DNA from: an uncultured virus (IMG/VR IMGVR_UViG_3300034110_000988)
Taxonomy: Duplodnaviria > Heunggongvirae > Uroviricota > Caudoviricetes
Strand: one strand, 5' to 3'
DNA: 57,257 nucleotides
Virus record (IMG/VR): IMGVR_UViG_3300034110_000988
Below are positions 10,659 to 20,172 of the stretch, one piece after another (position 1 is the first letter of the stretch; the number at the start of each line of letters is the position of its first letter). The notes beneath the pieces were generated by a model, which worked only from the letters and a program-made list of their open reading frames with translations, was not told the origin of the DNA and ran no database searches. Made by a program: the position numbers and the translations under genes.

Positions 10659-11072
10659 TCACAGGCTCTTTTTGTTTTTTGGTTGAAATATTTGTGTGTC
10701 ATTTGATGTGTTTGTCACTCTTGTTAAGACTAGTGCATCAGGATTACTGTCATCTTCAATCACCCAATCAAAGAATAACAATATCGCTAAACTTTCTCTG
10801 TCTTCTTTTTCATAAGATAAGTTAGGCTTATGTTTGTCTAAATAATCATAAACAGCTTGATAGTCTTTATATTTCCATTCAGCTTTTATCTGTTCTGGTG
10901 TTTTTTCTTTTATTGGTTTAATCAATGCTAAGAATAAAAGTGTAAAAAATATAAATCCGGCAAAAGCACGCCAGTTAAATTCATTTAAGTGATACGGCTC
11001 TATAATAATGGCGGCAAGCGATCCAATAGCTCCTATGAATGAACCTACTATCATCAAAAATTCTAACATCAT
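10659..11072 (-). CDS. membrane protein with two N-terminal TM segments
   Basis: Hydrophobic N-terminus; convergent with pepA across a shared terminator. Confidence 0.75.
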   Translation of the reverse strand: MMLEFLMIVGSFIGAIGSLAAIIIEPYHLNEFNWRAFAGFIFFTLLFLALIKPIKEKTPEQIKAEWKYKDYQAVYDYLDKHKPNLSYEKEDRESLAILLFFDWVIEDDSNPDALVLTRVTNTSNDTQIFQPKNKKSL

Positions 11073-11194
11073 TGTTATTTTCTCTTAATTATCTTTAATA
11101 CAATTTACATCAATAAAAAATAAAAACAATTTAACAATTTGATATTTTTCTCTATTTATGGTATCATCGAAGCCTTTCATTTGAGGCAAGAACC

Positions 11195-11902
11195 ATGTTT
11201 AGAGCTAATAACTTGATGGTAGCTGGTGAGCGAGAACTTGACTATCTTTGTCGTCTAGACGTGGCCGATCTGCCGTCTGCAAAACCATCGAAAGCTGTTA
11301 GTAAGCTGCTGGTTGATTTTATCCTTCGAAATAAGCTGGATCTTAATGGTCAAAAAGGCCCAAAATATGTAGCGTTCCGAGAACATGATCAAGATGTTCC
11401 GTTTATTGGCGGTTTTGGTTCTCGCCATCAAATTGCCCACATTATTATTGATCAAGATTTCAATGTAAAAAAACATGCAGAAGACTTATTAAAATATTTG
11501 GTGACACTCTATAATAATCTTGATTTTGATGTCCATTTGAATGAAAGTTGTGTCATATTTTCATTGAAAGAAGGTTATACCAAGTTAGAAGATGTCGAAT
11601 ACGTTGAATTTGTCTACAATGCCAACCTTGCTACGGATAAAGGGTTTTATCCCGATTCAGAAATCAGTGTTCGTCATTACTTGAATGGTGAGGAACCTAC
11701 CCCAGTATTTTCAATGGTTGATCGAGAAGATATTGATATGGACCTTGTTATCACATTGACCACATCGTTAACGAATTTTAATGAAATTCTCCCTGTCTTT
11801 ATTGAATGGCACAAAGAGTCTTTTGGTCGGAAACTAGGTGTCGATGTTTCTAATTTTACGCCTGATACCAATCTTCTTATTCAAATGATGCTGATGGCTT
11901 AA
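11195..11902 (+). CDS. hypothetical protein, C-terminal tag family
   Basis: ORF with GAGG SD; ends KLGVDVSNFTPDTNLLIQMMLMA. Confidence 0.85.
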   Translation: MFRANNLMVAGERELDYLCRLDVADLPSAKPSKAVSKLLVDFILRNKLDLNGQKGPKYVAFREHDQDVPFIGGFGSRHQIAHIIIDQDFNVKKHAEDLLKYLVTLYNNLDFDVHLNESCVIFSLKEGYTKLEDVEYVEFVYNANLATDKGFYPDSEISVRHYLNGEEPTPVFSMVDREDIDMDLVITLTTSLTNFNEILPVFIEWHKESFGRKLGVDVSNFTPDTNLLIQMMLMA

Positions 11903-11966
11903 CATTAGACTATTGTTGTTTTGTGATTTTTTTGTTATAATACTCACTATTTAAGGAGATCTATCT

Positions 11967-12200
11967 ATGTTGAATTCTGTTGCAGATGTGGCCGCTTTTG
12001 CGGAATCAATGGGCGATAAACGCTTTTGTTACAATGGTGTCTTGGCGATGATGGAACGGGATAATATTCTCCCTTTCTACGAACGTAAAACGCTTGAAGT
12101 TTACAAGGGGGTTGGTAACTCCTATGGCTGGTCTGACGAGTTGTGTGAAATCTTTGATGCCTATGTCGATAAACATGGTGCCCAAGAACTAACCGATTAA
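11967..12200 (+). CDS. hypothetical protein
   Basis: AAGGAG SD, TGTTATAAT promoter. Confidence 0.85.
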   Translation: MLNSVADVAAFAESMGDKRFCYNGVLAMMERDNILPFYERKTLEVYKGVGNSYGWSDELCEIFDAYVDKHGAQELTD

Positions 12201-12212
12201 TTGGAGTGCATT

Positions 12213-12416
12213 ATGATTATTAGTGTAAAACTCAAGAAATTTAGTGATGAAGAACCGGCTGAAAATGAGGCATGTCTCTTTGTGCCAGAAGAAGCTCCAA
12301 ATACCTTGCTTGCTGGTGTTTACGACCATTATTCTTGCACGTTTTATGCTAATGGCTATTCTTATGATGCGGATAAGATTGTTGGGTGGTGTTCAAATAA
12401 TGTTGTTGTTGTCTAG
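12213..12416 (+). CDS. hypothetical protein
   Basis: GGAG SD before ATG 12213. Confidence 0.75.
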   Translation: MIISVKLKKFSDEEPAENEACLFVPEEAPNTLLAGVYDHYSCTFYANGYSYDADKIVGWCSNNVVVV

Positions 12417-12426
12417 GAGTTGAATC

Positions 12427-12687
12427 ATGCCAAATCCTTTTGTTGAATTGTTTAATCTCCATATGTCATTAATCGGTAAAAAAGTCAGTGTTATCTCAAA
12501 AGATACGTTGTCTTCTGGTGTGTTGAAAAGTGTTAATCAGGTTGTCTATGGTGTAAAGCCTACTTATAACCTTATTCTAGACGACCAATCAATGTTGAGT
12601 GTATCAGGAATTCTTGTGCCTTATCATGGTAATGCGATTGATGAGCAAGTGGTTGAACGCTATCTGTTTGAACCTTACACACGATAA
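12427..12687 (+). CDS. hypothetical protein
   Basis: AGGAG SD. Confidence 0.8.
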   Translation: MPNPFVELFNLHMSLIGKKVSVISKDTLSSGVLKSVNQVVYGVKPTYNLILDDQSMLSVSGILVPYHGNAIDEQVVERYLFEPYTR

Positions 12688-12784
12688 ACATTCCAGAAAA
12701 GGAGGCTTCTGCCTCTTTTTTGTTGCTTCATTTCTTTGTTTTTGTTATAATATCATCCAGATTAATTATTTAGCAAGGATGTTT

Positions 12785-13378
12785 ATGTTTAAGAATATTA
12801 TCGCTATTGCATTGTTAACGCTGACCGCTATGTTGTCGGGTTGCTCGACTGTTGATCGACATGAACAATATGGCCCACTCACTTATATCCATCAAGACAA
12901 GTCTGTTGACATTGGTTCGTATGTCCAGTGGAATGAAGAATATGCCGTGACTGCTAAACATGTTCTCAATGTTAAAAATGTGGAGTATGTTTCCACTGAC
13001 TATGATTTGGTTTTCTTCAGGCATAAATCGACGGCTCCTTTGAAATGGACGGAAACAAAAAAGAATGAACCATTGGTATCAAAAGGCTTTCCATTCTTCC
13101 CGAGCCGTGAAAAAGAAAAAGTAATTGAAGCCAATAGTGTGGATATCAACCTTACAATGGACGATATGCCTGATTACTACTTGCTGAGTGCTCAGTTGGT
13201 TCATGGTATGTCTGGTGGCCCTGTATTTAACCAGTTTAATGAAGTTGTTGGTATTAATATCGGTTATACCAAACGACTTTACAACATTGATAATAAGACA
13301 CAAATCTATTCTATTTACCTTTCTTATCAAGGTATTCTAAAAGAATGGAATAAGTTTCAAAAAGTCAAACAACATTAA
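12785..13378 (+). CDS. trypsin-like serine protease, lipoprotein
   Basis: Lipobox LSGC; VTAKHV, DLVF, GMSGGPV catalytic triad motifs. Confidence 0.9.
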   Translation: MFKNIIAIALLTLTAMLSGCSTVDRHEQYGPLTYIHQDKSVDIGSYVQWNEEYAVTAKHVLNVKNVEYVSTDYDLVFFRHKSTAPLKWTETKKNEPLVSKGFPFFPSREKEKVIEANSVDINLTMDDMPDYYLLSAQLVHGMSGGPVFNQFNEVVGINIGYTKRLYNIDNKTQIYSIYLSYQGILKEWNKFQKVKQH

Positions 13379-13480
13379 TAGTGTTCAAGAATCCTCTTCT
13401 GAGGATTTTTGCTTTAGTTTAAATATTTGATTTATTTTAAACAACGAGTATACTTGTTTTATTATTTCATGGAGCAAGTT

Positions 13481-13759
13481 ATGACAGATAAAAATCGAAT
13501 AGGATTTACAGATTATTTAAGAAAGCCCGGTGATAACCGTCCTGATCATGAACGTTTTACCAATGTTAATCCACCACCAACACAAGCACAAATTGATCGT
13601 CTTAGGTCTATGCCTGTGCCGAAATCACCACCACCACCTCCACAATATGCCACTAAATCACCTTCGTTTTTGACATTGAAAAACATCATTATGGACGATG
13701 ACAGTTTGTCGGCTGAACAAAAGCTTGGCTTGATTGATAAAATAAGCAATCTCTATTAA
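13481..13759 (+). CDS. Pro-rich hypothetical protein
   Basis: GGAG SD; SPPPPPQ tract. Confidence 0.75.
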   Translation: MTDKNRIGFTDYLRKPGDNRPDHERFTNVNPPPTQAQIDRLRSMPVPKSPPPPPQYATKSPSFLTLKNIIMDDDSLSAEQKLGLIDKISNLY

Positions 13760-13820
13760 TGATTGCTTAAAAAAGATGAATACGCTATACTATCATCTAC
13801 TTAATCATTGAGGTTTTGGC

Positions 13821-14312
13821 ATGAAAGAGTTAGCTTATTTCAAAAAAAGCATCCTTATTTTTTCAACGCTCTTGGTGTTGTGTGGCTTGGGAATTTGGGG
13901 ATCTTATGAATTGCGTCAATTTGGTGAATACCGAACGCATAAAGAAACTCGACATGCTCGTATGATTGATGTCTTTGATCGGCATAGCCATGTCAAAGGT
14001 CATGATTATTATCACACCTATGGTTATTTTGTGGATCGTGAGACAGGCAACCATTTTACTGACAGCATCACTGAAATTACGTTTAATCAGTTCAAGCGTG
14101 ATGGCAACAAAGCGATTGAAACTAGTTGGCCTTACAGTATCGACAAAACGGAACAAACGTCTATCGGAGACTTTGCCTTAATGGGATCTTTCCTTGGCTT
14201 TTTCTTCTGTATGTTTTTCGGTATCTTCAATCTCTCACAAATTATTCTGGCCTTCTCAAAATACCGAGAGCACAAAGAACAACAATTTCATCTCAACAAA
14301 AAAAGCCCTTAG
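13821..14312 (+). CDS. two-TM membrane protein, paralog of next gene
   Basis: N- and C-terminal hydrophobic helices; GYFVDRETGNHFTDSI core. Confidence 0.85.
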   Translation: MKELAYFKKSILIFSTLLVLCGLGIWGSYELRQFGEYRTHKETRHARMIDVFDRHSHVKGHDYYHTYGYFVDRETGNHFTDSITEITFNQFKRDGNKAIETSWPYSIDKTEQTSIGDFALMGSFLGFFFCMFFGIFNLSQIILAFSKYREHKEQQFHLNKKSP

Positions 14313-14430
14313 TGGGCTTTTTTGTTTTCTATACATATTATGGTGAAACACACTTCAATCCATCCTGAATCTTTGTTGAATTTCTTGTGTTTCTTTGGTA
14401 TAATCGACCAATACTTTTTAGGTGAAATTT

Positions 14431-14886
14431 ATGAAAATTAATAAAATTGTTGTTTTATTGCTAACAGGTGTCATTATTTCGGCATTACTGTCCAGTTACC
14501 TAATGTTTCAGGAATCTTCGGTCAGAACCGCGAAGACGTTGCGTGATGTCACCTTGTATGACACGTCCGTCACTTCGTATAAAGCAAAAAGCAACACCGT
14601 TGTTAATACCAAAGGTTATTTTTTGGACAAAGCCACCAATCTCAAATTTACAGCTTCTATTCAAGATAAGCTCTATCGTGAGTTTCAAGAAGGTAAAAAT
14701 AAGCCTATTGATATTCAGCGAGAATTTAGCCTTGATGATATTGAAAATAAATCAGATGGTCCAGTGATGAAGCTTTGTGCAACCCTGTTACTTGTTATGC
14801 TGGTGGGTGGTCTAGGTTGTGTGGTTATTATCAATCTGCAAGCAAAAAAAACCAGATCAATAATAAAAAATGATGATTCTACATAA
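14431..14886 (+). CDS. two-TM membrane protein, paralog of previous gene
   Basis: GYFLDKATNLKFTASI core, same topology. Confidence 0.85.
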   Translation: MKINKIVVLLLTGVIISALLSSYLMFQESSVRTAKTLRDVTLYDTSVTSYKAKSNTVVNTKGYFLDKATNLKFTASIQDKLYREFQEGKNKPIDIQREFSLDDIENKSDGPVMKLCATLLLVMLVGGLGCVVIINLQAKKTRSIIKNDDST

Positions 14887-14951
14887 TTCTTTACTCTAAA
14901 CCTTATTTTTGCTATAATCATTCCATACAAATGACTTCGTGAGTAATTGAC

Positions 14952-15140
14952 ATGACTAAGAAAGTAATCACCGAAACCGCTAAGCTTAACCTCATCAATG
15001 CCATCAAAAGTGATTTGGCAAACGATTCGTGCGAGCAGCATGATACAGCAGCTTATGGTCGTGTAGGTGTCTACAAAATGACCCAAGAACAGCTTCTGGC
15101 TGAGTTTGAAAATTTTGGTCTTGATCCTTACGAGGTTTAA
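14952..15140 (+). CDS. hypothetical protein
   Basis: ORF after TGCTATAAT promoter. Confidence 0.75.
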   Translation: MTKKVITETAKLNLINAIKSDLANDSCEQHDTAAYGRVGVYKMTQEQLLAEFENFGLDPYEV

Positions 15141-15143
15141 CCG

Positions 15144-15422
15144 ATGATTACGCATGTTACACTTCGTGATTCCAATGGCCGTATTAAAACCTTTTCTAAA
15201 AATCAGGACTTTTCGGCTTATGAGAAACAGCTTTGGAAAGTAGGTGTGGGTGCTGATGGCCGTGCCGTAACGTATATGGAAGTTACCACCAATTCCTATA
15301 TCACATTAGGATTTGGTCTTAACCAGAATAGCTTTATGGTTATCCATGTCTTTGCTGGGGACTTCTTTACTTTGGAAGACGAGTATGCTCCTATGATCAA
15401 TCCAGTGACACCTATGGCCTAA
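15144..15422 (+). CDS. hypothetical protein
   Basis: GAGG SD, operon position. Confidence 0.75.
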   Translation: MITHVTLRDSNGRIKTFSKNQDFSAYEKQLWKVGVGADGRAVTYMEVTTNSYITLGFGLNQNSFMVIHVFAGDFFTLEDEYAPMINPVTPMA

Positions 15423-15437
15423 TTGGGAGATCTTATT

Positions 15438-15584
15438 ATGAGTACGAATTCAGTAATCGTTCCCAATCATTCGGCTCAATCAGAATGGGCTTTCATGATG
15501 AACTTATCGTTTAGTGAGTGCATGATAGTTGCTGCTAAGGTAGCTCTTTACCATCAATTGTGTCAACAATACAATATTCGGTAA
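15438..15584 (+). CDS. small hypothetical protein, 48 aa (not in ORF track)
   Basis: GGGAG SD, ATG 15438 to TAA 15584, terminator at 15602-15626. Confidence 0.55.
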   Translation: MSTNSVIVPNHSAQSEWAFMMNLSFSECMIVAAKVALYHQLCQQYNIR

Positions 15585-15702
15585 AAAAGGTCGTTTTAAA
15601 TAGGTCAACTTCGGTTGGCCTTTTTTCATTAAAACTCTTGTTTTTGTTGTCTTTTAACCTAGATTTTGCTATAATTTCTGCAATTAAACAGAGATCATTA
15701 TC

Positions 15703-16137
15703 ATGAATTCCAAATATCTGCTCAGCTATCTTGAAAGTTATCAAACTTATCAAGGACTCAAAAAAGACATGGAAGACATTTTCACTCAGGTCACATTTGA
15801 TCCAGTGAAAGATAAAGCAGATATTGAGCAGATTAATTCAATCATCAAAGATCACGCTCAGTCGATGAGTTTCGAGCAAGAAGCTTTTGATCGAGAGTGT
15901 GAATTTCATATTGACCTTGCCGTAGTTGATCATCATGATCTCTATGACGCTTTGAAAGAGCTGACAGAAGAATCAAATTACCTCAGTGGTATGTCCGAAG
16001 CATGGGAATCAGAAGACCCCTATGCTATGGCAGAAAATGACCCCGGCTTGCAGTTTGAGCAAGGCAACAAGGTTGAAAGTCTTTGGGATGACTTTAACAA
16101 TAAATTTAACCAAACCAACAAACCAAATAATTTATGA
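15703..16137 (+). CDS. acidic hypothetical protein
   Basis: ORF after TGCTATAAT. Confidence 0.8.
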   Translation: MNSKYLLSYLESYQTYQGLKKDMEDIFTQVTFDPVKDKADIEQINSIIKDHAQSMSFEQEAFDRECEFHIDLAVVDHHDLYDALKELTEESNYLSGMSEAWESEDPYAMAENDPGLQFEQGNKVESLWDDFNNKFNQTNKPNNL

Positions 16138-16225
16138 TGGCACAATAAAAAGGGGATTTGGCCTCTTTTTTTTTGCTTTGAAATCTTATTTCTGTTATAC
16201 TACTGCAAATATAGGAGAATCCTAA

Positions 16226-16483
16226 ATGCCACCGATTAAATATTGGGTAAATGACAAATCGCGTATGTGTTCTATGACGATGGGCGAGAAAGAATCTGCT
16301 GATAATATCAAGGCTGGTTTTCGTGAGGTGACAGCAGAAGAACAAGACGCTTTTCGTGCTGAAACCAAGGCATTGAAGGCCGCTAAAACTTCCAAGAAAG
16401 GCAAGGGTAAAGAACCGTCTGGTTTGGTTGTTAATGCGACAGCAGCAGAACTAGCCAAACTCGTTGAAGATTTCAACAAATAA
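16226..16483 (+). CDS. hypothetical protein
   Basis: AGGAG SD. Confidence 0.8.
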   Translation: MPPIKYWVNDKSRMCSMTMGEKESADNIKAGFREVTAEEQDAFRAETKALKAAKTSKKGKGKEPSGLVVNATAAELAKLVEDFNK

Positions 16484-16514
16484 CATTCATATTTAATAAT
16501 TAAAGGAGTTCATT

Positions 16515-16724
16515 ATGTCTGAATACCATGAAGACGGTCTTACTAAGCCTGAGCGTTACAATATTGATAAACATCAAGTCAACCAAGAATTTGATAAAAA
16601 ACTTGAAAATAAATCATTTTTTACATCTAGAAAATCTATTCAAGAAGAGCGTGAAGCCGCTTTAAAAAAGGTTCATGATGATCATTGGGGTAGTCGTGGT
16701 GTTGGCGGTGGTTTTTGCGATTAA
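16515..16724 (+). CDS. small helical protein, paralog family with 16838 and 17105
   Basis: AAGGAG SD; VNQEFDKKL...RKSIQEERE...GGGF. Confidence 0.8.
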   Translation: MSEYHEDGLTKPERYNIDKHQVNQEFDKKLENKSFFTSRKSIQEEREAALKKVHDDHWGSRGVGGGFCD

Positions 16725-16837
16725 ACAGAATCACATTCAAAAAAAAGACACTTCGGTGTCTTTTTTGTTTAAAATTATTGTCTATTAACGTTATTTTTGA
16801 TATAATTCCATTACATTAACTTAGTCGAGTATTGATT

Positions 16838-17032
16838 ATGGCATTTTTTGAAGGTGGTGGTAGTTCTCGTATTCATCAGGATGTTGCTGATGTTCATAAA
16901 CGTTTTGACGCTGCAGTTAAATCGGCTACTACCGATAGCCAAAAACGTCATCTTGAATCGGAGCGTTCTGAAGCTGTCCGTGCCGTTTGCAAGCGTTATG
17001 GTCAAACGGGTAATGGTGGCTTTCTCGAATAA
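16838..17032 (+). CDS. small helical protein, paralog of 16515
   Basis: VHKRFDAAV...KRHLESERS...NGGF. Confidence 0.75.
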   Translation: MAFFEGGGSSRIHQDVADVHKRFDAAVKSATTDSQKRHLESERSEAVRAVCKRYGQTGNGGFLE

Positions 17033-17104
17033 GTCTTCATTTTTTGTTGGTTGACTAACTCCTTATTTGTGCTAATTTTAAAAGTTACACAAACAGGAGT
17101 TTAC

Positions 17105-17494
17105 ATGTCGAAACAACAGGAAGAAAAAATAAATATTCAAGATGTATTTTATAATAATGCCGTTTTATTGATTAATCGTCATTATGACAATGAATTGTTG
17201 ACGAAATCTTTTCTGACATCAAAAAAATCAATTGAACGATCTCGTTTATTGGATTTAAAAAAGCTTCAACAAGATCGAGACAATCTCAAAAAGAAAAACA
17301 GCCCAACCCTTTTAAGCGATGTTGCTGATGAACGAGAAGATATCTATCAAAAATCGGTTAAGCTTATTAATGAGTTTTTTGACAAAAAAATGTTGCAGAA
17401 AAGCCTGTTTTCGTCTATAATAGCTATTCAAATGGCTCGTAACGTAGAGCTAGATAAACTAGACCAGAAATTCTTTGTTAAAAAATTTCGTTAA
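17105..17494 (+). CDS. hypothetical protein with two copies of the same helical unit
   Basis: LINRHYDNELL and LINEFFDKKML; AGGAG SD. Confidence 0.8.
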   Translation: MSKQQEEKINIQDVFYNNAVLLINRHYDNELLTKSFLTSKKSIERSRLLDLKKLQQDRDNLKKKNSPTLLSDVADEREDIYQKSVKLINEFFDKKMLQKSLFSSIIAIQMARNVELDKLDQKFFVKKFR

Positions 17495-17520
17495 CTATCA
17501 CTTCATTTAGGTGCCTTTTT

Positions 17521-17985
17521 ATGAAAAGCTATATCATCTCTCAGCATGAGTCGTATGATTACGAAGGCACTAATAGCAGTCCAGTGGCTATTCGTCATTG
17601 TGATGAGGCTGCTGTGATTGCAGAAGTGGATCTTCTTAATGCTAACGTGACCACCAAACATCGTGATTTGGTTGAGCATTATTACACCTATACTGAATTG
17701 CCGTCGTCTGGTTTTGGTAAGACGTTTGATTTGCCTTCCAACAAGGCTGAATACAACTTGATTTCCTTTCGGAATGTCATGGAGCAGGATATCGAACGTG
17801 ACCATGTTTTTTATAATCATGGCAAAGACAACACGTTTTGCAATCGTCATGATAACTTCAAAGACTACGTTCTTCAGCAAACTCGCTGCAGGCATCACAT
17901 GAAAGGTTTGACCGAAGAACAAATCGAAGTCACTTTTGATGAAGTATTTGGTAACTATGTGAAAAATGGAATTCGGCTGGAATAA
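17521..17985 (+). CDS. hypothetical protein
   Basis: AGGTG SD, terminator follows. Confidence 0.8.
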   Translation: MKSYIISQHESYDYEGTNSSPVAIRHCDEAAVIAEVDLLNANVTTKHRDLVEHYYTYTELPSSGFGKTFDLPSNKAEYNLISFRNVMEQDIERDHVFYNHGKDNTFCNRHDNFKDYVLQQTRCRHHMKGLTEEQIEVTFDEVFGNYVKNGIRLE

Positions 17986-18090
17986 TCTTAATTTTGTTTT
18001 CAAAAAGGTCACTTCGGTGGCCTTTTTTGTTGATTGTTTTATCAATTTTTGATAGAATAGCGGCACATATACTAGAACGGATTAATTACC

Positions 18091-18453
18091 ATGAGTAAGA
18101 ATTCAAAAGCAGGTAAAGGCCATTCAATTCCAAGTAGGGTGGTTTTTGCTGTCACCATTGATACAGATGATGATTTTACCGTAGATGGAAGCACTCAGGT
18201 TCAACGAAGCGTGACCGTTTCGAGAAAAGGTGATGTGGTTACCAACTTTGTTCAATACCTGTTGGATCTGCATTATGAGTCGAGTGCTCGAAATACGTTC
18301 AAAGTGGACGATTTCAAAAAAATGATTGGCAGCTTGGACTTCAAGTCAGCTATTCAAAAACTGCTGTTGCCAGAAGATAACTTTGATTTCGGTTCTAGGG
18401 TGACTGCTGGCGGTAATCATACGATTGTTGTTACTTTGGAAGAAATTGTTTAA
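18091..18453 (+). CDS. hypothetical protein
   Basis: ORF after TAGAAT promoter. Confidence 0.8.
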   Translation: MSKNSKAGKGHSIPSRVVFAVTIDTDDDFTVDGSTQVQRSVTVSRKGDVVTNFVQYLLDLHYESSARNTFKVDDFKKMIGSLDFKSAIQKLLLPEDNFDFGSRVTAGGNHTIVVTLEEIV

Positions 18454-18459
18454 AAAGAG

Positions 18460-18488
18460 TTGACGATTTAGGTGTTTTCATCTATAAT
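18460..18488 (+). promoter_or_regulatory. sigma70-type promoter driving a non-coding tRNA-like unit
   Basis: TTGACG-17 nt-TATAAT. Confidence 0.85.
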
Positions 18489-18497
18489 GGTCATCAC

Positions 18498-18600
18498 AAG
18501 TTAGGGGATACCTTAACTTAATGGCGGTAAAAAGATGTGGATTATTTTAAGCTTCTCATAATCTGTATCGAGGGGCGTAGGAGAAATTTTACGCTTTGTC
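18498..18600 (+). ncRNA. structured leader of the tRNA-like transcript
   Basis: Hairpins AAGTTAGGG/CCTTAACTT, GATGTGGATTAT/ATAATCTGTATC, GCGTAGG/TTTACGC. Confidence 0.5.
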
Positions 18601-18608
18601 TGTTCCAC

Positions 18609-18681
18609 AGATGTGTATATCAGTCGGTAGATAATCTCTCTAACAGAGAGAAGGTCGCAGGTTCAATTCCTGTCACTGATG
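18609..18681 (+). tRNA. aberrant tRNA-like gene, anticodon AAC (Val-like), mismatched acceptor stem, no CCA
   Basis: TATC/GATA D stem, TCTCT-CTAACAG-AGAGA anticodon arm, GCAGG-TTCAATT-CCTGT T arm. Confidence 0.7.
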
Positions 18682-18709
18682 TGGATTTAGGCCGAGAGGT
18701 CAGGACGTA

Positions 18710-18783
18710 TACGGTGTATATCAGCGGCCTAGATAATTTCTCTAATCGAGAAAAGGACGTAGGTTCAAATCCTACCACTGTAT
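18710..18783 (+). tRNA. aberrant tRNA-like gene, anticodon AAT (Ile-like), C37, no CCA
   Basis: TACGGTG/CACTGTA acceptor, TATC/GATA D stem, TTTCT-CTAATCG-AGAAA, GTAGG-TTCAAAT-CCTAC. Confidence 0.75.
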
Positions 18784-18793
18784 TGCAAGAACC

Positions 18794-18822
18794 AAAAAGA
18801 CTTCTTCGGAAGTCTTTTTTTT
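18794..18822 (+). terminator. terminator of tRNA-like unit
   Basis: AAAAAGACTTC-TTCG-GAAGTCTTTTTTTT. Confidence 0.9.
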
Positions 18823-18890
18823 GCTTTATTTTAAATATTGATGTATAATTATGTTGAAATTTATCCCTTAAATATCGTGGAGTTTTACTC

Positions 18891-19058
18891 ATGAATTCAA
18901 ATCTTCGGTTGGTGTTCGTCATTATTTTACTGGTCGCTTTCACGGCCTATTTTTCTATTAAAGGAACTTTCCATGTCGTTAGTATTAATTGCGACAAAAA
19001 TGGCACTATCTTTATTGATGATGTTGAATACAAATGCGTAGCCGTTAAAAAAGAATAA
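18891..19058 (+). CDS. small membrane-anchored protein, 55 aa, two Cys (not in ORF track)
   Basis: GGAG SD; MNSNLRLVFVIILLVAFTAYF...CDKNG...YKCVAVKKE. Confidence 0.75.
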   Translation: MNSNLRLVFVIILLVAFTAYFSIKGTFHVVSINCDKNGTIFIDDVEYKCVAVKKE

Positions 19059-19127
19059 TTAATTCTTTAGTAATCAGCTTGGATAGTGTATAATCTATTT
19101 TTTATTAATTTAAAATTGGAGATTCCC

Positions 19128-19400
19128 ATGTTTACTGCCGATAATGCACGATCTTTGAACAAGCCTTCATCCGAAGAACAAGCCCGCCTTCTGGATGAAC
19201 GTATTAAACGAGAAGTTGAAGAGTCGGTTCGTTCAGGCTTAACCCACGGGCATCTTCGTGTTTACAGTGATGACTGGTTTTTTGATTCTATTGAATATGA
19301 ACTCAATCAACGTGGGTTCCACAGTGTAGATGTTCCTAAAATCATCTTGAAAGGTGATGTATATTTCAGTTGGGCCGCTGAAGAAAATCAAGATGATTAA
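19128..19400 (+). CDS. hypothetical protein
   Basis: GGAG SD before ATG 19128. Confidence 0.8.
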   Translation: MFTADNARSLNKPSSEEQARLLDERIKREVEESVRSGLTHGHLRVYSDDWFFDSIEYELNQRGFHSVDVPKIILKGDVYFSWAAEENQDD

Positions 19401-19471
19401 TCTGTTTTTTGATTGTCTTGGCTGTAAAAATCTGCTATAATTCTGTCATTATTCAATGAAAGAGAAGGCCA

Positions 19472-20056
19472 ATGAGCAAAAAATTGAAATACTTCATGCA
19501 TGATATGCTCAATGTTAAGCATGATCAGTCTATTCAAATCATCGGCAAGCTTCAACCCATCGATTTGGCTCAAATGCACAGCTACTTTCCAGTGTGCGAA
19601 GCCATCGGTTGGGATTTTACTGAACGGCTTCAAAATGTGGGCGTTTCGAAAGCTGCTGGCATTGATGAAAATGTCTTTGCTCATGAAGAATTTTTGTCGT
19701 TTTATGTCGATGAGGAATGTTCCGAATTTGAAAATTTCTTGAAGGAAAAATATCCACGGCTGGCTGATGTTAGTAGCACCTATATGTTTTGCGATGCGTC
19801 TTATGCACAGATGCATGACGACTCCAATTTGGAATCTCGTGGACAGCTCATGTTCATTTCCAGTAACCCTTCTAAGCACACCTTTGTATCGGTTGATGTA
19901 TACGGTGTAACGCATGAAGTCATTCCAGAAGCAGGTGACATCCTGTTCTTGGATATTGCTTGCCGACATGCGTTGTTTCCAAAGCAGGTTGATATTAACG
20001 ACTTGACCTCTATTCAACCAATGAAAATAGCAATGGTTTCAATCAATGGGTTTTAA
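19472..20056 (+). CDS. putative 2OG-Fe(II) oxygenase / cupin-like protein
   Basis: QMHDD (HxD) ... GDILFLDIACRHAL distal His. Confidence 0.6.
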   Translation: MSKKLKYFMHDMLNVKHDQSIQIIGKLQPIDLAQMHSYFPVCEAIGWDFTERLQNVGVSKAAGIDENVFAHEEFLSFYVDEECSEFENFLKEKYPRLADVSSTYMFCDASYAQMHDDSNLESRGQLMFISSNPSKHTFVSVDVYGVTHEVIPEAGDILFLDIACRHALFPKQVDINDLTSIQPMKIAMVSINGF

Positions 20057-20172
20057 GAAGTAACAAAAAAGCAATCATTAAAAATAGAGCAGCTTGCTTT
20101 CTTTTACTTGATTGCTTTTATTCTTTTTGATATAATAGTGCTAATTAAAACCCTTGATGAAGGAATTTTACC

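Noticed and set aside
18537..18943. ORFs 18537..18848 (+) and 18620..18943 (-)
   Set aside because: They run through the tRNA-like genes and a terminator, and lack SD sequences; shadow ORFs.
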